The notes: generated by a model from the letters alone, not told the origin. A stretch of 63,975 nucleotides of DNA, filler included, from 9 parts of 9 records of this genome joined end to end with filler, not necessarily neighbours in it; one strand, 5' to 3'. Shown: positions 1 to 10,306, numbered from the whole stretch's first letter. Translations and numbers: made by a program.

Positions 1-60
1 TTCGAACCTGCGACTTCTTGCTCCGGAGGCAAGCACTCTATCCAACTGAGCTAATAGCCC
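1..60 (-). tRNA. tRNA-Arg (anticodon CCG), 3' end truncated by the window edge
   Basis: Reverse complement reads GGGCTATTAGCTCAGTTGGATAGAGTG-CTTGC-CT CCG GA-GCAAG-AAGTCGCAGGTTCGAA: D arm, 5-bp anticodon stem and T-loop GTTCGAA. Confidence 0.95.
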
Positions 61-224
61 ACAAGAAGCAAGTAGCTATACTTCGCTCACATCTTTGTCA
101 AGGATACATTAAACGCTCTAAAAAAAGAACACGTAAAACACAGGAAATACCGTAATGGTCTTTTCTCTTGCAAAAAAGTCTAAAAAAAGTCTATATGGCA
201 AAAAGACAATTCGGCAGGGAGACA

Positions 225-791
225 ATGGACACAAAACGCATCATCCTCGCGGTTAGCGGGGCAAGCGGCACTTTGTATGCCGCTTCATTAGTCAAGGCCC
301 TGGGTGGTCGGAATGACGTGGAACTGCACGTCATCATTTCTGACGCGGCCAAAAAAGTCCTTGCCCTTGAAACGGACCTTCCCATTGATGCCCTGACAAA
401 AGGGGCAACCGCCATTCACGCACAGGATGATATCGCGGCTCCGCCAGCAAGTGGTTCATGGCGACATGACGGCATGATTATCTGTCCCTGTTCCATGGCG
501 ACAGTCTCTGCTGTGGCTACAGGCTTCGGACACACACTCATCCACAGGGCCGCAGATGTCACCCTCAAGGAACGCGGCAGACTCGTTCTTGTTCCCCGGG
601 AAGCTCCCTACTCCATCATTCATCTCGAAAACATGCTCACAGCCACCAAGGCCGGAGCTGTCGTTGTACCGGCGAGTCCGGGCTTTTATCATCGTCCGGC
701 AACCATAGAGGACTTGGCTGATCACCTAGCCGGAAAAATCCTCGACCAATTGGACATCCCCCACACTCTGTTCACGCGGTGGGGGGAATAG
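225..791 (+). CDS. ubiX: Flavin prenyltransferase UbiX
   Basis: Motifs LAVSGASG, PASGS, PCSMAT, RAADVTLKER, PREAP and PGFY; start moved to MDTKR after a GGGAG RBS. Confidence 0.93.
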   Translation: MDTKRIILAVSGASGTLYAASLVKALGGRNDVELHVIISDAAKKVLALETDLPIDALTKGATAIHAQDDIAAPPASGSWRHDGMIICPCSMATVSAVATGFGHTLIHRAADVTLKERGRLVLVPREAPYSIIHLENMLTATKAGAVVVPASPGFYHRPATIEDLADHLAGKILDQLDIPHTLFTRWGE

Positions 792-801
792 GAGACACAC
801 A

Positions 802-1479
802 ATGGAGATTACATGGTTCGGCCACGCAAATTTCAGAATCAAGGCCGCTGATGCAACCCTGTTTATCGACCCATTTTTTGTGGGAAATCCCAGTGCCACC
901 ACTTCATACAAAGAAGTGGACGAGTGCTCTCTTATTCTGGTCACTCATGATCACAGTGACCATATAGGTCAAACGCTGGAACTCGCTATCAAACATGATG
1001 CCGAAGTCATTGCTATCTTCGACGTCATTCAGGAACTCATCAGACTCGGTTTACCCGAACATCTAGGCGTTGGCATGAACATTGGCGGTACTGTCACCCG
1101 ACAAGGTCTGAACATAAAGATGGTTCAGGCCATGCACTCCACAGTAAACGGAGCGCCTACAGGATTTATCATCACTGATCCAAAAGGATTATGTGTCTAT
1201 AATTCCGGCGACACAGGGCTCTTCGGCGACATGGAACTTTTCGGTAAATTCCACGACATTGACATTGCGATGCTGCCCATCGGGGGACGTTTCACCATGG
1301 ACGCCAAACAGGCCGCCTATGCCTGCAAACTGCTTGGTTGCAAAAAAATAATCCCGCAACATTGGGGGACATGGCCTATTCTGGACCAAAATACCCAAAC
1401 CATGGCAGAACAACTTGCTCTAACGTCACCCGACACGGAACTCCTGACTTTGGAAATCGACAAGCCGTTGGAGATTTAG
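802..1479 (+). CDS. Metallo-beta-lactamase-fold metal-dependent hydrolase (UPF0173-like)
   Basis: WFGHA, IDPF, THDHSDH, GDT, PIGG and HWGTW motifs. Confidence 0.88.
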   Translation: MEITWFGHANFRIKAADATLFIDPFFVGNPSATTSYKEVDECSLILVTHDHSDHIGQTLELAIKHDAEVIAIFDVIQELIRLGLPEHLGVGMNIGGTVTRQGLNIKMVQAMHSTVNGAPTGFIITDPKGLCVYNSGDTGLFGDMELFGKFHDIDIAMLPIGGRFTMDAKQAAYACKLLGCKKIIPQHWGTWPILDQNTQTMAEQLALTSPDTELLTLEIDKPLEI

Positions 1480-3290
1480 GCTTTTCTTGAAGCTTTTAGC
1501 GATTGCAAAGCTGTATAAATTTTCTCTGCCCGCTTTCGACCAATACCGGGCAAAGCAGTAATATCCGCGCTGTCAGCCTTGATCATTTCGTCGACCGATG
1601 CGTATTGATCCCATAAAATTCGAGCTGTTTTAGGGCCAATGCCCGGAAGAGATGTCAGCTCACTGCTCAAAACAGCCTTCTTCCGCGATTTGCGTTGACG
1701 CCCGATAACAAATCGATGCGCCGCATCCCGCATCTTCTGCAAGAACAATAACTCCGCACTGCCGGGCTTGAGCGGCATGGGATTCTTGCGCCCGGGCCGA
1801 AAAATAAAATCTCCCAACTCACCAGCCCGCCGGGACTCCCCTTTGGCTATGGAAGCCAACTCCCAACAAACATCATCCACACATTCATTCAAAGCCGCTT
1901 CGACCGCCGACAATTGCCCCCGCCCACCATCAATAAGCACCAGATCCGGCCAGGGCGGCCCGGATTCGACCCTCCGTCTAGCCCATGCAGACAACGCCGC
2001 ATAGTCATCACCGGTCCCATCCAGCTCGGGAAAGGCATAGAGGCGAGAGGCCTCGGGGCTTCGCCGTCCCTCTTCAAACACCACCTGCCCAACCCGCATA
2101 TTTGTGCCTGACAAATGCGATGCATCCACGCACTCAATACGTACTGGCTCCTCGGGTAATCGCAGCACCTTCTGTAACCGTGCGGCAATGGTATCTCTTC
2201 GCTCACGCGCCTGCGCTCCAACACTCCGAGCCAATCCAACCAAGTGTTTTTCTTTGGTCGTTTGCGGCAAAGCGATGCGAACCGATCCGACTCCCCGATC
2301 AGCCAACACCTCGGACAATGACGAATCATCAAACTCGTAGGGTGATATAATCAATGAGGGGATAAATCGTCCCGGCCCATAGAACTGAGAAATAAAACTC
2401 TCAACCACCTCCGGCCCTTCATCCAACGTCAGGCCGGGCCAAAAAAATTGTTTCTCATCAAGCAACCGTCCTTGACGCACGAACAAAAGGCCAAGGCCAA
2501 GACCCTGTCCACTCTGAGCCAATCCGATAACATCCCGGTCACGGTTATCGTGGATGACCGCAATCTGCCCTTCCACGGTCTTTTTGACAGCACGAATCTG
2601 ATCACGGAACACCGCGGCCTTTTCAAATTCCATATCCTTGGATGCGACTTTCATCTGACGAGTCAGAGAATCAACCAACTCCATACTACGACCAGAAAGC
2701 AACATTTCAATGCGCTGAACCATATCATTATATAAGGGACGGTCCACTTCCTTGACGCACGGTGCCCAACATTGATGAATATCATGATACAGACAGGGGC
2801 GAATTCGATTTTTGAACGCCGTATCCGTACATTTACGCAGAGGGAAAACCTTGCCAAGCAACTTCCATACGGTTCTGGCCGCAGTCGAGGATGTGAATGG
2901 GCCAAAATAGACAGAACCGTCACGAACAACTTTACGAGTAATAGATAACCGTGGGAACTCTGACTGCTTGTCCAGTTTAAACAAGGCGTACTGTTTGTCG
3001 TCCTTGAGCACGACATTATACCGGGGACGATGCTTCTTGATCAGACCAGACTCCAAAAGCAAAGCTTCTTTCTCGGTACTGGTCAGCAAAATATCCACCG
3101 TGTGAATATGACTGACAAGGGCAATAGTCTTGGGCGTATGATTCGCACTCGCTCGAAAATACGAGGACAACCGCTTGCGCAGGCTCTTGGCCTTGCCAAC
3201 ATACAGGATACGCCCCCGGTCATTCTTCATTAAATAGACCCCGGGTGTATCCGGAAAATCAGCGGACAAAAATTTGAACTTTGTACCCAT
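1476..3290 (-). CDS. uvrC: Excinuclease ABC subunit C
   Basis: GIY-YIG N-terminus (PGVYLM..YVGKAKSL), UVR domain, RNase H-like DGGRGQL, C-terminal HhH repeats (LPGIGPK). The ORF could extend to 3350. Confidence 0.96.
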   Translation of the reverse strand: MGTKFKFLSADFPDTPGVYLMKNDRGRILYVGKAKSLRKRLSSYFRASANHTPKTIALVSHIHTVDILLTSTEKEALLLESGLIKKHRPRYNVVLKDDKQYALFKLDKQSEFPRLSITRKVVRDGSVYFGPFTSSTAARTVWKLLGKVFPLRKCTDTAFKNRIRPCLYHDIHQCWAPCVKEVDRPLYNDMVQRIEMLLSGRSMELVDSLTRQMKVASKDMEFEKAAVFRDQIRAVKKTVEGQIAVIHDNRDRDVIGLAQSGQGLGLGLLFVRQGRLLDEKQFFWPGLTLDEGPEVVESFISQFYGPGRFIPSLIISPYEFDDSSLSEVLADRGVGSVRIALPQTTKEKHLVGLARSVGAQARERRDTIAARLQKVLRLPEEPVRIECVDASHLSGTNMRVGQVVFEEGRRSPEASRLYAFPELDGTGDDYAALSAWARRRVESGPPWPDLVLIDGGRGQLSAVEAALNECVDDVCWELASIAKGESRRAGELGDFIFRPGRKNPMPLKPGSAELLFLQKMRDAAHRFVIGRQRKSRKKAVLSSELTSLPGIGPKTARILWDQYASVDEMIKADSADITALPGIGRKRAEKIYTALQSLKASRKA

Positions 3291-3569
3291 GGCAGTGTTG
3301 TTTTTTTTCGACACGTTCGCTCCAGATTGAAAGCATACTGTATTTTTCAAGACAAATCATCTTTTCCAGAAAGTACTTTAACCCTTTAAAATTAAAGACT
3401 TTGATAGATAATTTATGCGAGTTGAAGTTCAAAAATTTACACGGTAAAAAAATTTATACTTTTTGTATTTATTTCCTCAAAACCCCTTGCAAAAGCCTGA
3501 ACCATACGATAAACAGAAAACAGTTTAGGCGTTCACTTGGTTTGAATTGCAAAAAAAGGAAGATTTATT

Positions 3570-4940
3570 ATGAAACGTTTGACTCTGCTTGCAGTCGCCC
3601 TGACCATGGTCTTGGGCATGGCTGCTACTTCTTTCGCAGCTCCCGAAGTTACCATCTCCGGTAACGTTCTGGTCAACGCTGTTTGGCGTGCCAACTGGGA
3701 TTTCGCTGACAACAATGACGCTGTGAACAAAACAACTCGCGCCATGGACATCCGTGAGCGTGCTGACCTGTACTTCACCGTTACTGCCAATGAAAACCTG
3801 AAAGCCGTTCTTGGCTTCCGTTCCGTTCGCGGCGACTGGGGTCAGGCTGGCATGATCGCTGACCAGTCCGGTTCTGGCGCACTGAACACAATCGATCTGC
3901 GTGATGCATATATCGATTTCAACTGGCCCGGTACTTCCGTGAACGTTAAAGCTGGCCTCCAGCCCGTCGGCCTGCCCGCAGCAGTTGGTGGCGCCAGCAT
4001 GGTTCACAATGCTCGCACCACTGGTGTGCTGATCAGCTCCCCGATCACTGACAACGTCAGCGTTCTCGGTGGCTGGGTCCGCGCAGGCGATCTCAACACG
4101 ACCGCTGCTGTTGATAACACCAACGATTCCGCTATTGATAGCTGGATTTTGGCTCTGCCCCTGAACTTTGAAGGCGTTGCCATGGCTCCTTACGTCATGT
4201 ACGCCCCCATGGGCGCCAATGCTGGTAACACCGCTTCTGCAGCAATCGTTGGCCTGACCAACCGTGCTGTCACTGGCGCTTACACCAACGATGCAATCAA
4301 CAATGCTTACTGGCTCGGTACTGATTTCACCCTGTCCATGTTTGATCCTTTCGTAGTTCGTGCTGACCTGAACTACGGTCACGTTGATGGCGACAGAGAC
4401 CTGTACGACCGTACCGGTTGGTTGTTCGACATCGCTTTGGACTACACTGGCTTCGATTTCATGAACCTGTCCCTGACCTACGCCTACACCACTGGTGAAG
4501 ACGATGACAACACCAACGGTTCCGAGCGTATGCCTGTTCTCATCAACGACTGGGCTATCGGTTCCTTCTGGTTCGGCGGTGGCTTGATCACCGGTGACGA
4601 TCTGGACAGCGACTCTGACAACATCGGCTTCCACGCCGTTGCTTTGTCCGCTACCGGCATCCAGTCCTTCGCTGAAGGCCTGACTCACGATGCTCACATC
4701 GTGTACGCCAAGGGTACCAACGACACCAACGCTGGTGGCATGGTCTACGGCGCTTCCTTGACCGAAGACGACACCATGTGGGAACTCGACTTCAACACCA
4801 TGTACAAGATCTACGACGAACTGACCCTGTACAATGGTCTTGGTTACGTCAATCTGGACCTCGACGAAGACGCTTGGGGCGCTAACGCTGACGGCGGCGA
4901 CGCTTGGAAGTTCCAGATTGGTATGGTTTACCAGTTCTAA
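3570..4940 (+). CDS. Desulfovibrio-type outer membrane homotrimeric porin
   Basis: Signal peptide, AYIDFNWP motif, beta-strand-rich sequence, C-terminal YQF, strong codon bias of a highly expressed gene. Confidence 0.85.
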   Translation: MKRLTLLAVALTMVLGMAATSFAAPEVTISGNVLVNAVWRANWDFADNNDAVNKTTRAMDIRERADLYFTVTANENLKAVLGFRSVRGDWGQAGMIADQSGSGALNTIDLRDAYIDFNWPGTSVNVKAGLQPVGLPAAVGGASMVHNARTTGVLISSPITDNVSVLGGWVRAGDLNTTAAVDNTNDSAIDSWILALPLNFEGVAMAPYVMYAPMGANAGNTASAAIVGLTNRAVTGAYTNDAINNAYWLGTDFTLSMFDPFVVRADLNYGHVDGDRDLYDRTGWLFDIALDYTGFDFMNLSLTYAYTTGEDDDNTNGSERMPVLINDWAIGSFWFGGGLITGDDLDSDSDNIGFHAVALSATGIQSFAEGLTHDAHIVYAKGTNDTNAGGMVYGASLTEDDTMWELDFNTMYKIYDELTLYNGLGYVNLDLDEDAWGANADGGDAWKFQIGMVYQF

Positions 4941-4985
4941 TTTGATTAGAACTTAAGCTGAAAAGCTTAATTGCCAAGTAACGCC

Positions 4986-5020
4986 AGAGGGCCGGGGAGT
5001 GCAAACCCCGGCCCTCTTTT
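4986..5020 (+). terminator. Rho-independent terminator after the porin gene
   Basis: AGAGGGCCGGGG-loop-CCCCGGCCCTCT followed by a T run. Confidence 0.88.
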
Positions 5021-5174
5021 ATTATTTTGTGTCGTCACAGCTGTGCTCAAAAATACGCAAAAACACTGAGACAATAAGATGATTATCAACAGCTATGCTC
5101 GACTTTTGGTTTTGCCTCGGATATATAATTCCTCCTTGGACAACAACACACCATATTGAATAGAGGTCATCATC

Positions 5175-6479
5175 ATGCCTTGCAGAGCATTGAAATATTC
5201 GACCAGCGACGATTGGTCCGCCATCCGTGAATGGCTCGATCAACGCAAAGACCCTGACACCAAGGTCGACACCCTGGTGCGAGACATTCTGAACAACGTC
5301 AAGAATCGCGGCGATGAAGCGCTTGTGGAATATACCCGCAAATTCGACTGTGAATCTCTTCAAATTTCGCAGATACGAGTCCCGGTTGACATCATTAAAG
5401 CAGCCTTGTCGGACATTCCTGAATCCGATGTTGCCATTCTTGAAGAAGCCATTGATCGCGTACGCACTTTTCATACTAACCAAAAAGAAAAATCGTGGTG
5501 GACTACCGACGAAGACGGCACTATTCTCGGCCAGATGGTTCGCCCTATTGATCGTGTCGGCTTATACGTTCCCGGCGGTCAGGGCGGTGAAACGCCACTT
5601 ATTTCCAGCCTCATTATGAACGCTGTCCCGGCTCAAGTTGCTGGCGTCAACTCCATTGCCGTCACTTCGCCTCCGCGCAAAGACGGCACTCTGAATCCAC
5701 ATATTTTGGCAACCGCCGCCCTACTCGGTTTGGACGAAGTCTATCTGGCTGGTTCCGCATGGGCCATTGGCGCTTTGGTCTATGGAACAGACACCATTGC
5801 ACCGTGCGACATGCTGGCCGGTCCCGGAAATATATTCGTTGCCACTGCTAAATCCCAACTTATCGGACATGTGGGCATTGACATGGTCGCCGGTCCCAGT
5901 GAAATCGCCATCCTTGCAGACGAATCCGCAACTTCAGCATGGTTGGCTGCTGATATGCTTTCCCAAGCTGAACATGATCCGTTGGCCGCATCCATTCTCG
6001 TCACCCCGGACACGGAACTGGCCGCAAAAGTTAAAGACGAATTGATTGCCCAATGCGCTGAATTACCTCGTGGTGAAATTGCCGCAAAGTCTTTGAAAGA
6101 CTGGGGCGCCATTGTGACTGTGCCTGACCTTGAAACAGGTGCGGAATTTATCAACCTACTGGCTGCCGAACACCTTGAATTGGCCATTGCCGATCCATGG
6201 GCCATGCTTGGTTCCATACGACATGCCGGGGCCATCTTCATGGGGCACAATTCACCCGAACCTGTTGGGGACTACTTCGCAGGCCCCAACCACGTACTGC
6301 CAACTTTGCGTACTGTCCGCTTCTCATCGGCTTTATCCGTGCAAAATTTCTGCAAAAAATCCAGCGTAATTGCGACCAGTCTAGACTTTGTTGCCGAACA
6401 CGGTGACAAAATTGCCCGACTGGCACGTCTGGAAGGACTTGAAGCCCACGCCCGTAGCGTGGAAAAACGAACCAAGTAA
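5175..6479 (+). CDS. hisD: Histidinol dehydrogenase
   Basis: GLYVPGG, GPGNIFV, IDMVAGPSE, SQAEHD, GDYFAGPNHVLPT and LEAHA motifs. Confidence 0.97.
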   Translation: MPCRALKYSTSDDWSAIREWLDQRKDPDTKVDTLVRDILNNVKNRGDEALVEYTRKFDCESLQISQIRVPVDIIKAALSDIPESDVAILEEAIDRVRTFHTNQKEKSWWTTDEDGTILGQMVRPIDRVGLYVPGGQGGETPLISSLIMNAVPAQVAGVNSIAVTSPPRKDGTLNPHILATAALLGLDEVYLAGSAWAIGALVYGTDTIAPCDMLAGPGNIFVATAKSQLIGHVGIDMVAGPSEIAILADESATSAWLAADMLSQAEHDPLAASILVTPDTELAAKVKDELIAQCAELPRGEIAAKSLKDWGAIVTVPDLETGAEFINLLAAEHLELAIADPWAMLGSIRHAGAIFMGHNSPEPVGDYFAGPNHVLPTLRTVRFSSALSVQNFCKKSSVIATSLDFVAEHGDKIARLARLEGLEAHARSVEKRTK

Positions 6480-6506
6480 TATTACATTAATAGAGAGGGA
6501 AGACTC

Positions 6507-6845
6507 ATGGCCGGCGTTCTGGAAACAAACATCACCGAATATCCGCTCATTTCCAAGGGCAAGGTGCGCGACATCTATGAAATTGATGACGATACCCTGC
6601 TCCTCGTGACCACAGACCGCCTTTCAGCGTTCGATGTGGTCATGCCTGATCCCATCGAAGATAAGGGCAAGGTCCTCAACCAGATCACTTTGTTCTGGAT
6701 GAAAATGATGGAAGACCTCGTGCCCAATCATATAATCGCCACCAATGTGGACGACTACCCTGAGCCGCTTCATAAATACAAAGCGGAACTTCAAGACCGC
6801 AGTGTGCTTGCCAAAAAAGCCAAGCCCCTGCCCATCGAATGCATC
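6507..6845 (+). CDS. purC: Phosphoribosylaminoimidazolesuccinocarboxamide synthase, 3' truncated
   Basis: GKVRDIYE, TDRLSAFD, KGKVLNQIT and PIEC motifs. Confidence 0.95.
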
Positions 6846-6945
6846 NNNNNNNNNNNNNNNNNNNNNNNNNNNNNNNNNNNNNNNNNNNNTTAATTAATTA
6901 ANNNNNNNNNNNNNNNNNNNNNNNNNNNNNNNNNNNNNNNNNNNN
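6846..6945. other. Artificial contig linker
   Basis: N44-TTAATTAATTAA-N44, a six-frame stop linker. Confidence 0.99.
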
Positions 6946-7005
6946 ACTCGTAAACGGGTGTCGGTTCGTCATGCAAGGAGGCGGCTGGTATCGGGAGGAG
7001 GTGTG

Positions 7006-7185
7006 ATGGCAGAAATTATAAAACTCAAAACAGTGAATATCAAGACCTTGTCCCGAAATCAATTAGAGGCCGCCTACCTGAGGTTACGAAAGGTATCAGA
7101 AATGAAAACGGCCCTCATCCGTTTGCTTGAACAACAACGCCATGGGGCGTCTTTAAGTGAAAATAATATCAAAATAGCGGGATAA
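7006..7185 (+). CDS. Small hypothetical protein (59 aa)
   Basis: ATG preceded by GGAGGAGGT RBS; helical composition. Confidence 0.6.
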   Translation: MAEIIKLKTVNIKTLSRNQLEAAYLRLRKVSEMKTALIRLLEQQRHGASLSENNIKIAG

Positions 7186-7245
7186 GCCCGGGAAGGTTTG
7201 AAGGGCCGAAATCAGGAGATATGATTAATTAGAGGGTTGTTCAAT

Positions 7246-7638
7246 ATGGCGCAAAGCAAAGACAAAAAGTTACATCTAACGGCAAATCAGATTAAAGGCA
7301 TTCAGGCAATTTTAACCACGGATACCATGGAAGGAGCCGCCGAGGGAGCTGGGGTAACTCGGAATACATTGTATCGCTGGCTTAAAGAGGACCTGTTTAT
7401 CAAGGAATTGAACCAGGCGAAACGCCAGTTGATTCAATATGGGCTTTTGAAATTACAGCGGGCCACCGAGGATGCTGTGAAGACTTTGAATGAGATTTGC
7501 AAAGACAAAAAGGCTACACCATCGGCTCGGGTCGCTGCGGCTCGGGAAATCCTAAACAGCACAATGAAATCAATCGAGTTGGAAGATATTGAAGAGAGAA
7601 TCAGAGCTCTTGAGAACAGACAGTTCCCCAAACGATGA
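7246..7638 (+). CDS. HTH DNA-binding protein, small-terminase/phBC6A51-HTH-like
   Basis: HTH AAEGAGVTRNTLYRWL, helical core with ARVAAAREIL, C-terminal coiled coil IEERIRALE. Confidence 0.7.
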   Translation: MAQSKDKKLHLTANQIKGIQAILTTDTMEGAAEGAGVTRNTLYRWLKEDLFIKELNQAKRQLIQYGLLKLQRATEDAVKTLNEICKDKKATPSARVAAAREILNSTMKSIELEDIEERIRALENRQFPKR

Positions 7639-7651
7639 AAAGGATTAATCA

Positions 7652-7972
7652 ATGACACGACAATTATCAAACCGGTTGGATAAACTGGAAAAGGCTATTC
7701 AGGTTGAGCATTCACCAGACCACTCCCAAACCATCATAACCCGGTACCACGGAGACGAAGCCCGGAAAAGGGAGCGGGAATATATTCTGACCATGGCTCG
7801 GTCACGGTTGGGGCTATGTGATCCGGATCCGGCCATTTTTATATCCAAGAGTATAAAAATTATCAAAGAAGAGCATCCCGGCTTTCCACAGTGGATGACC
7901 CAGGAACATGCAAAGAACCTGATAGAGGAGTACGGCAATGATGCATCTTGGAAAACGACTGGAAAAAATTGA
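7652..7972 (+). CDS. Hypothetical protein with N-terminal RLDKLE coiled-coil motif
   Basis: 106-aa ORF with AAGGA RBS, in operon. Confidence 0.7.
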   Translation: MTRQLSNRLDKLEKAIQVEHSPDHSQTIITRYHGDEARKREREYILTMARSRLGLCDPDPAIFISKSIKIIKEEHPGFPQWMTQEHAKNLIEEYGNDASWKTTGKN

Positions 7973-8264
7973 AGAATTGGTGAAGATGAAGAACTGCGGC
8001 GTTGATATCGTTGATAGAGGAATGACCGATGAAGAGAAAAGAAAGGTCTCTCATGAAAATTTTAAGAGACCGGTTAAAGCGTTGTTCGTCCTTATTTCCC
8101 AAGTTTTGTTAGATGTTTACCACCTGCCCGAGGAGGCCTTTAAAAAAATCTATCGTGATTTTCTCGATGGCGCCCAACAGCTTTTCACATTGGATGAGCT
8201 GACAGAAATGGGGCATGAGTCCCGGGAAGGAGATTTTGAAGAATATGAGAACTTTGAATTTTAA
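7938..8264 (+). CDS. Hypothetical protein with N-terminal RLEKIE motif
   Basis: 108-aa ORF with GAGGAG RBS. Confidence 0.7.
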   Translation: MMHLGKRLEKIEELVKMKNCGVDIVDRGMTDEEKRKVSHENFKRPVKALFVLISQVLLDVYHLPEEAFKKIYRDFLDGAQQLFTLDELTEMGHESREGDFEEYENFEF

Positions 8265-8287
8265 CTAAGAAAAAAAGGAATTAAACA

Positions 8288-8896
8288 ATGGCCTCTATAC
8301 CATCAGACATACCTAATTCACTTCAAGCTGGGTACAAGGAATTTGTCAATGACAATTCTGATGCAGCAAATCAGTATAATGCTACCGCAGATAAATTGTG
8401 GACGGATTACCTGGAATTTGAAAAAGTTTATTTCGACAAATATCAAGGCTCATTGGATCAATATGGATCTGATATAAACAGCATCGATAAGGTCTCCATG
8501 ACCATGCCCAATACAATGGGCGGGGGAACAGTCGAACTTGCCCCCAAAGTACATTCCGCCATGTATACCGATCAATTAAACGCTAGAAATTCCACCATAG
8601 GAAACCAGGCGAATGCAGCGCTGGCGAGCCTGGGGTCAAGAGATGCCCTCGCCAAAAACAGATATGGTGTGGACCAGGCCGCCCTATCAAACAGCCTGAT
8701 CCCCACCACCGTCGGGACAGACCTCTACCAGATGGAGCGGGGCGGGGAACTTGGGATAAACGCGGCCAAGGCGGGTGTTTATGAGCCGAGCACAATGTCA
8801 ACCTGGGCCCCGGTGGTTGGAAGCGTATTAGGTTCAAACGTTGGTCAGTCTGCTCTAAATAGCACCTGGGATTTCGTAACAGATTTTTTTAAATGA
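8288..8896 (+). CDS. Putative virion ejection/pilot protein (small, P22 gp7-like position)
   Basis: 202 aa, rich in N/A/S/G/Q, no Cys, C-terminal hydrophobic Gly-rich segment WAPVVGSVLGS; first of three increasing-size genes. Confidence 0.55.
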   Translation: MASIPSDIPNSLQAGYKEFVNDNSDAANQYNATADKLWTDYLEFEKVYFDKYQGSLDQYGSDINSIDKVSMTMPNTMGGGTVELAPKVHSAMYTDQLNARNSTIGNQANAALASLGSRDALAKNRYGVDQAALSNSLIPTTVGTDLYQMERGGELGINAAKAGVYEPSTMSTWAPVVGSVLGSNVGQSALNSTWDFVTDFFK

Positions 8897-9072
8897 TTCC
8901 AGAAGTCCCCCCAACTGGTGAAATTGTATGCGCTGAATCAAAACACGGTGTCATGGGTATTTATATGAACCCGGTGGACATCGTGTTGGATTTCTTGCTC
9001 GATGATTTTTTTACTGAATACAATGATAACAAAAAACAAAAAGGAAAACATTATGACAATGCCAACCAATGA
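8893..9072 (+). CDS. Small hypothetical protein (59 aa, MIPEVPPTG...), absent from the ORF track
   Basis: ATGA overlap with the upstream stop codon; open frame fills the gap between two genes. Confidence 0.45.
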   Translation: MIPEVPPTGEIVCAESKHGVMGIYMNPVDIVLDFLLDDFFTEYNDNKKQKGKHYDNANQ

Positions 9073-10306
9073 AATCGGTATGCCAGGCGGACAAAACCAA
9101 GCGCCATTGCCAACTCCGGTTGATTACAAAAAAAGCCAGACCAACATTCTTGCCGAATTAATCCCGCAGATCATGAATGCCATGGGCGGTGGGGATCCAT
9201 ACACCCAAAAGCTTTTACAGCAACAGAGCCAGCAGAATAGGGCCCGAAACGAAAAAGCCACACAAAGGCATAATCTCCGTGGGTTTATGAGGTCTGTGGC
9301 GATGCCGGCTACCGGCAGTATTACCCCCGAGTTGATTATGGAACAGGCCGAGTTATGGGGTATTGACCCGGCCATGGCCATGGATGTGGTCGGAAATTTT
9401 CAGAAATTCAGACAGGGGCAGAAAAAAGAAGGGTTCACCCTAAGCCCCGGGCAGACTCGGTACGATGCCACGGGAAATCCGCTGGCCTCCATGCCCGGCG
9501 GGGAAACCATGCCTTTTGGCTCTTCAAAACTTGGAATATACGACAAACGGACCGGCCAGGTCACTAGTGGCGCACCAAAAAACCAGCCATCTCTACAGAG
9601 GGTTCCGGACGGTCGCGGGGGGTGGAAGTTTGTCCGGCCGGCAGAGGGTATGACTGGGATGAATAATCCCGGCAAGGGAATGAGCGTTGAAGTTGGACCG
9701 GATGGCACAACGGTCAGGACTGGTGTTGATAATAGTAATGTTCCGAAAGGTGCACAAACAGGCTTATTTAAAGATGTGGTGTCTGGGCAGACCGTCATGG
9801 ATGAGTTAAATTATATCGACAGTCTCTATGAGCCTAAATTTCTTACTTATGGTGGTTGGTTTCAGAATGTGAAAGCCAATGTTTTGAATAAACTGGATCC
9901 GGAGGAACGGGACCGGTTCACCCAGCGCCGTGAATCCTTCATAAGTGCTGCGAATCAATCTTATCTCAAGTTCCGAAAATGGGCCACAGGTGTTGCCGGC
10001 GGGGAAAAGGAAATGGCCGAAATTAAAAGAACTGTTCCCAATGAAAACGACTCCCCCCAGGCATTTGAGGCTAAAATGAAAACGAGGAAGAGTCTCACCC
10101 GGCGCCTGGTGGCCAGACAAAAAGCAGCATTGAAAGCCGGTGTGAACAATGAGGCTGAATTCAAGCAATATCTGCAGGCTCACCCCTTAGGCTCCATTCC
10201 TACATTGCAGCAACGAGGGGATAGCTTGTCTAAAATGGGTTACTCCGAGGACCAGATACTCAGGATTCTTGCAGATGAGGGTTATATCCTTAAAGGTGGT
10301 AAATAA
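9053..10306 (+). CDS. Putative virion ejection/DNA-transfer protein (medium)
   Basis: Q/G/M-rich N-terminus, FTLSPGQTRYDATGNPLAS motif typical of podophage internal virion proteins, helical C-terminus with TGVAGGEKE..PNENDSP. Confidence 0.6.
   Translation: MTMPTNEIGMPGGQNQAPLPTPVDYKKSQTNILAELIPQIMNAMGGGDPYTQKLLQQQSQQNRARNEKATQRHNLRGFMRSVAMPATGSITPELIMEQAELWGIDPAMAMDVVGNFQKFRQGQKKEGFTLSPGQTRYDATGNPLASMPGGETMPFGSSKLGIYDKRTGQVTSGAPKNQPSLQRVPDGRGGWKFVRPAEGMTGMNNPGKGMSVEVGPDGTTVRTGVDNSNVPKGAQTGLFKDVVSGQTVMDELNYIDSLYEPKFLTYGGWFQNVKANVLNKLDPEERDRFTQRRESFISAANQSYLKFRKWATGVAGGEKEMAEIKRTVPNENDSPQAFEAKMKTRKSLTRRLVARQKAALKAGVNNEAEFKQYLQAHPLGSIPTLQQRGDSLSKMGYSEDQILRILADEGYILKGGK

Noticed and set aside
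1-60. tRNA as an integration site for an island
   Set aside because: Its 3' end lies outside the window, and the visible neighbours are housekeeping genes.
3525-4697. 390-aa antisense ORF opposite the porin gene
   Set aside because: Shadow ORF caused by the strong codon bias of a highly expressed gene; no recognisable motifs.
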